Shown: in pieces, positions 13,030 to 26,100 of the stretch
Numbering within the stretch: position 1 is the stretch's first letter
Layout of the letters: every line of letters begins with the position of its first letter
NCBI GenBank assembly: GCA_044892505.1
Contig: CM097882.1
Span: 50,406,001-50,470,000, forward strand
Length of the DNA: 64,000 bases
Direction of reading: 5' to 3'
Source: Schmidtea nova
Taxonomy: Eukaryota
Program-made: the position numbers and the translations under genes
The notes under the pieces: generated by a model
The model's input: the letters and a program-made list of their open reading frames with translations, nothing else
The model's database searches: none
What the model was told of the DNA's origin: nothing

Positions 13030-13260
13030 AATTTTATTCTTTGATCATACTTTGCTTTATTTTTATACAAGCAATGATCTTCCCCCATTCAATTCTCGTG
13101 TGGTCCTTCATGTGTTCATGTAAAATCGACCTGCACTCAAATTGTGAGCTCTCTTTTCTATCGTTTGAGCCCTATCTCGACCGAATTATCGAATGCGGTT
13201 CGTATAATTACTATTATACTTCACTGTTTGTATTTTCTTCTGCGTTAGTTTACTGCGTAA
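13030..13260. repeat. Dispersed repeat, copy 1 (homologous to about 63470-63660)
   Basis: Shared blocks GATCAT.CTTT..TATAC.AGCAATGATC and CTCTTTTCTATCGTTT...TCGACCGA.TTAT.GAAT; family not identified. Confidence 0.65.
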
Positions 13261-13773
13261 TGCTTTATCGGGCATTTTAAACTTGTTCCCTTTTGTATAT
13301 TTTTGATAAATTCACATAAAATTTATTTTCAATTTCGCCAGCCCAACACGAGTAACTCTAAATATTCTTTGATTGATTTATTTATCTAATTCCTCCACGC
13401 TTTATTTTTTAATTTCTCATTCTTCGGCCAACAGTCAAATTCTCCATAAGTGCCTCTGCTCTAATAGGGTTAATTTTAAAAATAAAATAATTAAATTAGA
13501 AATTAAACAGGCACTCTTCTGAAAATAATTCAATAATCAATTATTGTGCCTCACTAAAATTCACAAAATTTCACTGTAAATATCTGGCTACATACTTCTG
13601 CAATTTGGTTAATATTTTTAATGGAAATAAACAAATGTATATTCATTAAATAACTCAAAAATGTGATAGACAATAAAACTAATATTTCATTCTTCCAAAT
13701 TGCAAGACAAATTATTTAAGGATTATTTATTAAAATATTATTAGCTAAGTAATTCACGGTAAAATCTAATGAT

Positions 13774-13954
13774 CTATGATATTAAACAAGCATCTCTATT
13801 TATGTTATTAAGATTCATGTCACCAGCTAATAAACGATCAAGAGCAGCTTTCGCAAGGTAACTAGTGGTACCTTGGCGAATATTTGATGGTGTCATATAA
13901 AACTTATGCCATATATCATGATCTCCTTTGCCATTTTTACTAGTTGCAGATTCA
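13774..13954 (-). CDS. PHKB: PHKB last coding exon
   Basis: ESATSK...[26 protein letters not shown]...RDACLIS-TAG; CaaX terminus. Confidence 0.95.
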
Positions 13955-16900
13955 CTAATAAAAATAATGCCGTAAAATAGACTGATACAACCAGCTTACG
14001 CTTCATTTGTATTGGCTTTTTTAAATTGGGATATTGCTTCATCGATGACGTCATTTATATCCAAAACTTCATTAAAATACAGTTCTTCATTTCTTTCTAG
14101 AATTACAGCAATAACCATAAAAGCTTCGATGACTAGTGAATGATAAACTGGCTCGGAAATTCTGTCGAGATACGACTCTATTAATGTTACAAAATTCAAA
14201 TCCGTCGCAGTCATATCTTGTAGAACTGGTTTCTAAAAAACAAATTTATTACAAGGGAAATTTTAGATTTTTATTTAACGCTCCAGTACGCTCATCCATT
14301 TTTCAAATGTGATTCAGGCCACTGGGGGACGGACACACAGCATAATATTTTTGTTTTTAATGAACGTGTTCAAGATGGCTAATGGGAACTGAGAAAAGAA
14401 AACGGAAATAAAAAGAAATGTGAAATGAGAAAGAGGAATCAGACAAAAGAAAGCAGACAAGAAAACAAAAACAAAGGTCAGCACTAATTAATTAGTACAT
14501 AGGGAAAAGGTATTTCAAATCGGGAAAAACAAAAAATAACACAATATGCTTATCTCGACAGCTTGTCAGAGATAACGGGAACAAAAACAAAGCAGGCCGG
14601 AGCGGCAAAAAGAAAAAACAAAGTAGTCCGAGTACCGAGCTGTCAAAGGCAGCATGGGAGTTCTAAAAAAAGTATGGGAAATGCCAGTAGCTGAAATGGG
14701 AAAAAAGCAAGTGGTCACGAGTGCCGAACTTTCAGGAGCAACATGGGAGTTGCGTAGAAAAATGGAAAATGCCAGAGACAGGAGTTGCAAAGGCAAAGTG
14801 CCACAAAGTGACGAAATATAAAAGGAGGAAACACAGCAGAAGCAGGCAGAATTTTGACAGGAGTTTGGCAGAAATTTTGGCAGAATAAATTAGACAGAAA
14901 ATTTAGATGGAATACTGAGAAACAGGAATCAAATTGTTGAATTGGAGTTGGAAGAGAAAAATTGGGAACTTGAACGGAAGTGAAGTTAAAAGTCGAAGTG
15001 AAATACGAAAAGAAATTCGTTAACTGAATCAGTTGCAGAAAAGGAATTTGTGTTGCAAAGGACAAAGGAAGCTAAGCAGACGAGAATTTAAAGCTAAAGA
15101 ATATTGAAAAAAAAGAAGAATCAAGTCAAAGCGCGGAAACAATCGAAATCAATTATCAATATTTAATCCAAATCAGTGGTTAGTAGTTGTTGTTTTCAAG
15201 ACATTATACAGGTGAGCTATTCTTCACGAAGTGTCGTAATAAGCTCGTATAAGTGTCGAAAGATTTATTGAATTGATTGTGATAATTTGAATCGTGTAAA
15301 TTAGTGTAATAATCAATAAAGGTTGTGTTATTGAAAGTGTTATTGGGGTCAATCAAAGGCACGCTTAGAGTCATATATTTGATTGGTAACTTTTACCATT
15401 TCACCAACAGCCCAGAACCAAACAAAAGCCTAAAGTGTTTTATCAAAGAGTTCAGGTTGTCTTGAACTTTGCTAAATAATAACGTTATCTTCTTCATTTC
15501 ATAGTTGAAATAGCTGGAGTCAAAATTATTAAATTGTATTAAATCGTATTTAGTATAAAAATGTTTTTACACATGCAGTCAACTAAGATAAATAATTAAC
15601 TTACGGGACTCAATAATTGACCACATATCATGATTCCAGACATAGAACTTTCAAGAATTTGATAGACACATTTGTAAAAATTCTCGGGTGCTCTACTAAG
15701 ACAGCCATCTAATTGACGGAAAAAAAGTGGTGATCGTGGATTAGTTTCACCCGAAACAATTTCCAATTCTTTATTTTCACTTAATCTTAAAACTTCTTCG
15801 AGCAACTGTTTAACCTCAAATGGAGACATACTACAAAGTTGGTGAGCAGGTTGTTTTCGATGCTTTAATTCCAATTTCATTGCTTCAATTAACCAGCTAG
15901 AATTAGAACAAAATATTGTTAAAAATTTTAAGTATATTTTAAAAGAATTTACAATTACTAATAACTTCTTTTAATAAAATTATGGTCAATGGCGAGTAAA
16001 TATTATCAAAATAAGAGATTTTACTGGTTATTAGAATTTTGATTGGTAATAAATTAACGGCGACTTGATGCATGTTTTTTCACAGCAATCCTTCAGCATA
16101 ATGTTTCAGGATTTCCTTTGAAAAATGTTTTTTTGAATTCGTGTTCTACCACAATCAATTAAATTGAGTTCAAATTTCCCAGTATCACGTAAACGCTGAT
16201 GGATTTTGCTAAACATTCGCATGCTTGGACATCTAGGAATTAGAAGAGCTTTTTTATATAATCCTCTTGCTTCTGGCTTTGCTGTACATGAAATGAATAT
16301 CTGTCATTTCAAAATTTGAAAAACACTTTAACATTTAGTTTTAACAATAACAAAAAGTAAAATAATTTAAATAATAGTAAAAGGATCTGCTGAAATGAAG
16401 CACTTATTAACATAATTTTATGAAGAACAACAGTACAACTTAGACAAATACGACTTTTGAAGAGCCATAAATCTTGCTTTATAAAGCGTCCTCGTCACTT
16501 TGATTCATTATTTGATACTGCGGTTTGGTACTCAATGCAATTGACTAGCAATTTGCAAAGTTCTTTACACAAATGTTTACCACATTCGCTAAACATAGTT
16601 TATGCAGTTTAAAAATTTGTAAAAAAACTTATAAAAACATGATTATTTCAAATAACAAACAATTTCAGAAAATAATACCCCATTCGAATAATTGAGATGC
16701 ATTTAAACAGAGATGGATCTTTTGCTATTAAAACAGCAACCCATAATATTAGTTCTTGTTGGAGAACCGCTTGTATTGGATCGATTTTAAGAATGGTTTC
16801 GTAAAAGTAACTTTTGATTTCATCAGGGGGAATCGGATTACTAATAATTATTTCTTTTGACTTTTTAGGAACTCCAATACTTAAATGTTTTCCATTAACT

Positions 16901-19900
16901 AATATAGCTGATATAGAAGGAGCTAAACTATTCACTGTACGACCAAGGATAGCTGAACAATATCTAACAGTATTCCTAAAAATAATAACAAATAATAATT
17001 AATAAAAATCAAATGGTTCAAACTATTTGCTAATAAATATTTGACTTTAAAATTTAAATTTAAAATAAATCAACCAACGAACAGTAAATGGAAAATATAG
17101 ATTTTACAGGCTTTGGCAACTAGCAAATTATAGAGGAGACTTGGATAAATTTTTTTTATTTATTTCAATGAGCTAAGTAGGACAACTAGAACTCAATTTA
17201 TTCATTAAAATTATGTTTTATTAATAATTGAATTTGTCATAATTTGCAAAATAAAAAATATTTTTTTAATATTTATTGATATGGATAATTTGTATATTTA
17301 TGAAAAAATTTTATTTCGCGGCTCATTTTATTTTAATAAATTTGATTCCTGTTCTAAACGACTCACTATTCTCAATGAAAGCACTGCTTCTATTTTAAGT
17401 TTAATTTTTAAGTTAATTTTTTAATAAATGTAACAAATTTTTTATTTTTATATAAATTTTATTTTTATATTTAGAATTAGTTCATCCAAAAAGAAAGTTA
17501 ATTTTTTTATTTTATGTTAACACTTAATCTTCTATTTTAAGTTTAATTTTTAAGTTAATTTTTTAATAAATGTAACAAATTTTTTATTTTTATATAAATT
17601 TTATTTTTATATTTAGAATTAGTTCATCCAAAAAGAAAGTTAATTTTTTTATTTTATGTTAACACGTTGCCGCTCTCTTTAAGTTTTAAAATCGTGCCCG
17701 GAAATGCACTTTTTTAATCGCTTGTTACTGATATAGGAAATTGACCATCAGTTATACGTATGGAAGTGAAAATTATCATATTTTTACTGATTATTATGAC
17801 TTTTTCCTTATTTTCCTTTTCCCTAAAGCCACCATTTGCGTTACGAATTTAAAAATTGTTCCAAAGAATAAAGGCGGTTATAGTCGTGGGGGGTTTTAAT
17901 ACGAATTAGTTTCCACTAACATTGTAAAATGCATAATGGATTATTATTTTTTATAAAAAGGTGTAAGCTCAACAGAAGTAAATTATTTTCAAACTAAATT
18001 ATCAGTTTATTTATCATATTATAAAAGTTTTATATGCAATGTGTTTTACTTAAATAAAAAAATAAAAAATTATTCACGAAAAAAATACATTTAAGAAAAA
18101 ACTAAAAAGGTATCAGGTTTAAGATAAATGAAATGATTCAAAGCAACCTAGACATTATGGCTGATTTTGCGGACAAATTCTACATCTATATGATATTTAG
18201 CAGAACTGCAACGTTGAAATAAGTTTTATGCTTTAAATCAATAAGTCGAAGCATCCTACCCAAGAAAGGTTGTTTTGTTGAACCAATGTTAAACCAATTG
18301 TCCATTAACAAATGATGCCCTTTATGCAAATATGCTTGAATCACCCGTAAAACAAGGTCACTCGTTTTTGAGGATACTTCGAAGTTATCTAGTTTACCTT
18401 GATAAATTTCAAAATTTAGCACTACCGCCCGCCATAGTAAGTTGAAAGAGTTTTATGCCATGTCTTACTTTTTTATTTTTATATATTAGTGGAAACTTAG
18501 CCTACCACAAAACCATAAAAACGATTCATTCAGTGAAAGAACTTTCGACGGTGAAAATACTTCTTGAAAATTAGAAAAAGTTGACTTGAGCAGGGGATAA
18601 ATATTTTTAAAATTTGGATATTGTTGTAAAGATTTTTATTATAATGCCCATTGATGCATCATAGTAACTGTTCAAAACGGCGCCTAGGCGTGGTATATGA
18701 AAAGATTGGTGATTAGTAAACAAGTGTCGAATGGAAAGAATTTTTTTACCTTGAAGTAAGCAAAGGCTTAAAGACTTACTAGTTTTTCTTTCGTTTGTTT
18801 GAACGAAATCGACCTTCAAGTTCTTTCTTGTTGCAGGTAAATTGGTTTCGAATAAATGCTTTCCATATTTATTTGTAAAATTGACAATTGTCTTAATTAT
18901 AATTCTTGAGAAAAACTGATTAAAAATGTCTTTTGACTGGAATTCACATCAACATTCAGTTTAACTTCACATTCACAATCGCAAATTCTATTAATTTTTT
19001 TATTATCATACCACATATTGCAATCACCGATAAATTGCACCATTGTTACCATTGCAATCATCGTTACCCTAAATACGCCTGCTTTAGAGTATGGGAAAAT
19101 GAGCTGTCTAGCACAAGCCATTTATCTCTAAATTGTATATGTTATGTAATTATTACGCAGTGAAACACGGAAAATGTATCCAGTATTGCATAATACTCCA
19201 TTTATTCAATGAAAAGTTACTATTCCCACATCCATAACCGCATCACATACATGATTTGCCCTTTGGGTAAAATTGATTAGTCTTTCTTCTTATAGTGAAT
19301 TTTATAATTTTCATAAGGAATATTTGAATCAATTTCAATGTTTCAAAAAAAAAGATTTTTAAAATTACCGCGTGGTAATAATATCAGTAATAATAATAAT
19401 AATAAAAATAATAATTCACTGAAAAAACTTTTTAAAGGGAAAATCGATAAATATTTTTGTTAATTTTTTTATGCCAATTATATTCAGTATCAAAACTTTT
19501 CTAATAGTACCTTGGTATCAGAACCTCTTTCCTGATGGTTTTTGTCTGCAAAAGCTCCATACAGCATATTGTCACTCATTTACCATTATTGATACATTTT
19601 TATCAATTTAATCGGGTAAAGGAACCCTTCTAGCAGAACCTTTAGTAACAGAACCTTTTTTGTGATGCTTTTTGTCAGCAAAAGATTTATACTGTATTTT
19701 TACGCTCATATATCAATCAATTACATCTAGTAATAAAAGATATTCAATTACAATCACTTACCGTAACTGTTGACATTGGACTGAGGATTGATTTAAATGA
19801 ATTGACAAGAAAAACAAATTGTATTTATGAACCAGAAATATTCCCCGGTTTGAGAGTGCTGAAATTTAATCCATTATATGTTAATGTATTTATCAGTTGG

Positions 19901-22900
19901 AAAATAGTTATTCTTGGAATAATAACTTTAGAATATCATACTTTGGTTGATGGAATTGTAAATTACATAAAATCAATTATTATTCATCCTATATTGATGA
20001 CAGATACAGAATTTCTAGAGTTTTTGCTTGATATTGAATAATTGTTTTATAAAATAAAAATTTCATTAAAATTTGTTTGCTTTTAATTAGAAATTATATT
20101 AGTTTTTCCGCGGACTTTTTTATTATTTCAGCTTTGAAATTTATGTTTAATTATTACTTTTATTGAAACTTTTAATTAAAATAACAATATAACAATGTAA
20201 ACATTTTCTATTAAATTACTTTCTTTTTTAAAACTTATATTTGCAATTCATATTTAATTACTTCTTTTATTGTTAAAGTAATTTCTATTTGAAATGATAA
20301 TACTATGTAAAATTTTTTTTATTAATTTGATTTGTCCTTTAATTGCTTTCTTATTAAAATTTCTATTTTTAATTCTTATTTAGATATATCTTTATTAATT
20401 TTTAATACAAATTAAATTACTGTAAATAATATCTAAACATTTTTAATTATTTTTAATATTTTATTCAAAGTAGTTAACTTTATCCTAAGATTCGATAAAT
20501 TAATTTAAAACTTTTAAAATTAATTGAGAACATTGCTGTAAATTTTGTATTCAACTAACAATTTAATTGAAAATTATCCTGAGTATATTCGTAATAGATT
20601 CATCGTTTTCCTCTAAATTTATCCTTATTTTTATTTTAAGAAATAAGTAATCCATTTTCTAATGAGAATTTATATCAATTTAACTTTGATTGATGTTCAC
20701 CATCTAATACATGAAAACATATCGTGTTTTGCCAAATACAAGTCATGACTTGTACTTATTTTTTTACAAAAAATTTTTAAAAATTGATAAGGGACTTGTA
20801 TTAGGAGGATGAATATTTTTTTATTCCAAAATTACCCCGCCAACCACTTTCCAGAGGCAGAGAAACTCGATTCGTGATTATTATGTAAGTGCAAATGTAA
20901 GTGCAAAATCTTGAATGTGAGAACGCCTTACAACTAAACTGCGAAATCTGCACTCGATAATCCAATCGAAGATATGGTCATCAATGTCAGAAATGACCTA
21001 TTTTCTTTCACCACCTTGAGCTCCAGTCTGTTTCCCAGAATTTTTAATAGTTGGAGATTTTCCTCATCTACTTTCCAACGACGAACAATTCGCAGATCAA
21101 GGTTTACTTTTTCACAAAACTTTGCAAGAGATAGACCGGATGTACATAATTCACTGAGGATTCTAAGCTTATAATCTATTGTATAAGCTTTTCTAGAATT
21201 GTTTTGTGTATTCATGGTAAAAAAATTTAATTACTTAATGAATATTAAAACAACGTTATCTTAAAGAAATCATAATAAAAAAAATTTAGTTACATAAAAA
21301 ATATATAACAATAAATGAATTATAAACCAAAATAGGACTTGTAATAGGAGTAGGACTTGTATTTAATTTTTATAGGACTTGCATAGGACTTGTATTAGGC
21401 AAAACACTGTAGTAGTACGCAGTAAATAATATGAATTTTATTTGAATCTTTTAATTATTTTGTACAATGTCAATAACTTTATTGTATCTTTCATTGAAAA
21501 CTTACTCATTTTGTTATTTTTTACTAACAAATAATTGTATAAGTGCAAACCTATTTATTTTGATTTTGACCATTGAGTGTTGTTTTTATTAGGTAAATAA
21601 GGTTTACATGTTTATTATTATTAATTTAATTAAAAATATATTTAATTATTTAAGTACTAACAAAATAATTTAATTTATTTAACAATGTAAAAAGATATTT
21701 ATTAGTAAGAGATCAGTTGATTGATAGGTAGTATATATTCAGACCATTGTTATTTTGATGACTAATTGAAAATTGTTGATTGTGTAGAACTATTTGTTAG
21801 TTCTTGGTGGTAAGTTTATTTGTGTAGAGTGAATTGATAGTTGATTGGTAGCAGTTTAATGTGGTGAACTTGTTATTTAATGTACATAAGTAGTTGGTTA
21901 CCGAGTACTTGTTTTGTTTGTTAATTGATTTAGAGTTATTAGTTTGACAGTTCAATCCCAAAATATTACCGTCATTACGCCTACAGAAATTTATTCCCGC
22001 GTGTATCAATATATTTTTAAGCGGCAAAGGTGTTATGCTTGGATTTAAAACTTTGGATTATAAAAATTATGTGGAAAATATAATTAATGAAATAAATACG
22101 ATAATTAAATAAATTTTGTTTGTATTAATTGTTAGTCCTTCATTGTAAAAATTTGAAAATGTCTAAAATAGTATTTTTATTTTTTATATTAATTTATTCT
22201 TTAGTTTATTTGTTCCAAGTAGTTCTCAAGAAAATTCAAGAACTATACCCAAAGGTTAAAAATAATCTCGATTATTGCGCCCCTGAGTTGTTGGTACACA
22301 AAATATACCATTACACGGGGATCAATGTTCGAAATGCATTATGATATGGTGCTTCGGGCTGACATCAAGTGTTTCGAAAATTGCGTTGTATGTAAAGATT
22401 CAATGCAAGTTTCATGTACCAATGGATGCGATTGTTGCCATGACATTAAACGACAACAATCAGTACATATTTTGGTTACCGAAATGCGAAAAGCTTACTA
22501 TGATGACCTTTACAATACAAAGTAATTGTCGAAGATTTTCTTGAATTAAGATGTATTTTTAAAATAATTTGTGTTTTTTGTTGTTCTTCATAGTTTTTAT
22601 GAATTTTTGTTGACGGTTAAATTATGAGTTTTTTTATGTAAAAATTATTGAATTCTGACCAAGTAAGATTTTTTCGTGTAAAGTTGATCGGAGAAGACCA
22701 ATTTTTCATGTTTTTTACTTTCCCCCCATTTTTGTTCGCCATTAAATTCTCAGTAGATTGGTATAAAAATTTTGGAATTCTGAGCATTTTTCTTGATTTT
22801 TGGAAATTGTGGGAGTCGACTGTTTTTACATGTAAATTGACCGCGGACTTATCCATGTTTTTGTTGAAAAAATTAATTAATTTTTAAGATTTTGAAAAAA

Positions 22901-23099
22901 ATTTTAAACATTAAAATTTTTGATAAAAATTTGAAAAATAAAATAATAAATTTTTCAGTATTGCATAATCAATTACTCATTGTTTATGGTATTATGCAAT
23001 GCATGAATTATTATATAACCGATATCATATTAAATAATGCTATATGGAATCAATTATGTAATATATAAAGTATCGTGAAATTAATGTGCAGTATTTACA

Positions 23100-23164
<65 letters not shown>

Positions 23165-26100
23165 TGTAATGATTATGTAATATGTATAGCAGCATGTAAC
23201 ACTTCGTAATTCTCCCAGGGTTTCATTGTAAAAAAATTACATAACATGTACAGTTTACGTATAAATGGCTTGTGCTAGACCACTCACTTCCCCTTACTCT
23301 TTAGTATTGGATTCTTTCGAAACAAGGCTCTAATCGTAATTAACGTAATTATTCAAATTTTTTTTCTAATTCTTGTTTTCGTAACAGTCCATTTCCATAA
23401 TAAAAAGTAGCTTTAACAAGCGAAAATTTAACATATTTTTCAACTGACTAAATCAAAATGCATAAAATACTATTTGCTATCGAACTTGTTCAAGATATGA
23501 AAAATCGTACACAAATCAACTTACATGTTTACTAGAATGTTACATTATTTTTTGTTTGATATATTACTGAATAATTAACAAATAACTGCATTAGTACACT
23601 TTGTACTAACAAGGTTTTCTTTTTATTAATGAAAGCATGCAGGATAGTTTTAGCTGTCATTTAACTGCATTCCACTAATAAGATTATGGATATTACCGTC
23701 GCTTGTAGCAATGTGTTAAATATTTTTTTATTCATTTAATGCTACATTTCGCACAATGTCTCGTGTGATTTGCCAGAAAATTGATAAACCTTCCTCAATT
23801 CTTCACGGCTCGGATTGTTTTTCTTTTGCATTTATAATAGAAATTCTTGAAAAAAAGTTATAAATATCTATTTTAAATTACAAAAAATTAAGGTTTTCAA
23901 CTATAATTTCCATTAAAAACTAAAGATTGAAGCCCTTTGTGCATTAAACATTTTTTAATTTTCCAAGAGTGGACAGCCTTTTCAAGAGACGTGCCAAATA
24001 AAATGTCTGTAAAGAATATGCGAGCCACAATTTTATATAAACTTTTCCACAGCTTTATTAAAACCATGTAATCAAAAAGTGTCACAAAAAAATATGTTAT
24101 TCATTGCACTTTACGTGGAAGTAAGTACTTTTTGTGAAATATGACCATTTTCTCGTGGACTGACTTATGGCACAAATTAATTATTCATAGTCATCGCACT
24201 ATCAAATTGTTATAAACAAATAAAAATAACATAATTTCATGAAATGTATTCTTCCGTGACCGTTAATTATATACATTTAGAAAGCTTCTGTGGGTCTAAG
24301 GTTGCCCGCCCCTGTTTTAGAATGTAAACTGAAATTTATAATTTAATTACCACGACTGATGAATAGCAGATTGTCTAGATAAATAAACAATTCGATCAAT
24401 AACAGTTTCTTTTTCTGGCCACTTAATAGGATGATCTCGACCATGTCTTTCTAGAAGAACATGCAAACTTTGAGCCTGAACGATCATTGAATCAGAATTT
24501 CGTAAAGTATTTACTAAATCTTCAGTTGACCTTTCATCAAACTCCTATTCACATATAAAAATGATGGTATATCCAGAAAAACTTACAGCTTTACGGTCTT
24601 CACATAATTTATATTCCTTATTATCTTGTGTAAATGATACATCCGTAAGACTGTGAAATGAAGTACTTGCTGTCAGTTCCTGTAATCTCACAATATTATC
24701 TAAAATGTCATCTCTCGAATGAAGGAAATCCAAATGATCAACACATCCACTTGCCACAAAATTCTTAAAGCAATAATTAAATAAATCTATACAAAACAGT
24801 GCTGACTTATTTTCTTATATATATTTTAAAATTAATTTTATCCACTACCTACTCAATGAGTAGTACTCGTGCCAAATTAAAGTCATAATTGTGCAAAAAA
24901 TGATTTTTAAATTGATCTGTAAAGAATTATGCCTTTCAATAAACAGCATTAATGTCCCATATTAGTTTTGATAATAGTCACTAGTTATAAATCATTAATT
25001 CATTTATTTGAGAAAAAATGTAAAAAGAAAAGAGTATAATACAGAGCGCATCATCTAATAAATCAAAAATTAATATTTACATGTTCATAACAGAATCGTA
25101 TTTAAAAACTTCAAGAAAAAAATGTACTATATACTTTATGATGAAGAGGAGAATCGGTGGCCAAAAGTTTCCACTAATGATAATAATATTCAACAACAAA
25201 AATCAAGAGAGTTTTCTATAAAACGGTAATAAAATAATTCAATAATTTTTTTATTTGGTAGGTGTGTATTTTTTGATCTATAGTCTTACAAATTTTAATA
25301 TGAAAATTATTGAATTAGAAAAGAAATCAAAGGTTAAACCAAAAGATAATTATGATAATAAAATAATTATTTTATATGGTTTTATATATTTTACATTATC
25401 TTTAACATTATATGTTTACACTTCAAATTTTTTTTACCGTGTTAGTAACATTGGGTGTTTGGACACCCCAACCTTTTTAAAAGTCCAGATTTTCATAGAT
25501 CCGTCAACTAATATAGGCTTTCTCTTCATTTCTCCACATTTTCCCGTGTGGGTTATGTGCGCAAGATTTATAAATATTTATTTCTTTTCTTTTCAAAATA
25601 AATATAATTTGAAGACATTTATCATTCAAAATATAAAATGGATTTTTATTTTTGGTATATTTTCTTTCCCTTGCAGATTCAAAAAGAATGACTTCGAAAA
25701 AGAAACGGAGAGGATATGAAAATTGTTGTCTGAAGCTGACGTTGCAAGTGATACAGAAGATAATAGTGACGATAAAGTAGATTGCGTTGAACATATTTCT
25801 GACTCTGATTGTTACGATTCAGAGACTGATAAACTACCACAAAAACCCCAACAAAAACAATCCAAACATGGAGAGTGATCAGGAAACGATAGAAAATTCG
25901 GTGTGTGAGTAAAGTACCCAGTGTATTAATCCATGCTCGTCCTCATAATGTATTCTAGGATAGACGAGGTCTAAAAGAGCCATACTTAAAAACGAAGTCT
26001 CATATTGATTTCTGTTGCCTCTTAATCACTTCTGAAATATTAGGTTTGTTGGTTGACAAAAATAACGAGTTTATAATTGATAAGATAATAAATTATACTC

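Noticed and set aside
18897-19121. MACARQ ORF as a novel viral gene
   Set aside because: It continues (with frameshifts) into IVNFTNKYG and the piggyBac core, so it is most simply the transposase N-terminus.
21411-21420. AGTAGTA as a Polinton terminal repeat
   Set aside because: Only 7 bp, it abuts the TA of the pogo insertion, and no partner TIR was found.
21780-21920. G/T-skewed stretch as a Thr/Asn-rich gene on the minus strand
   Set aside because: Low complexity, other frames are full of stops, and there is no recognisable motif.
23102-23158. (TA)n tracts here and near 4652 and 27760 as functional elements
   Set aside because: Ordinary microsatellites in an AT-rich genome.
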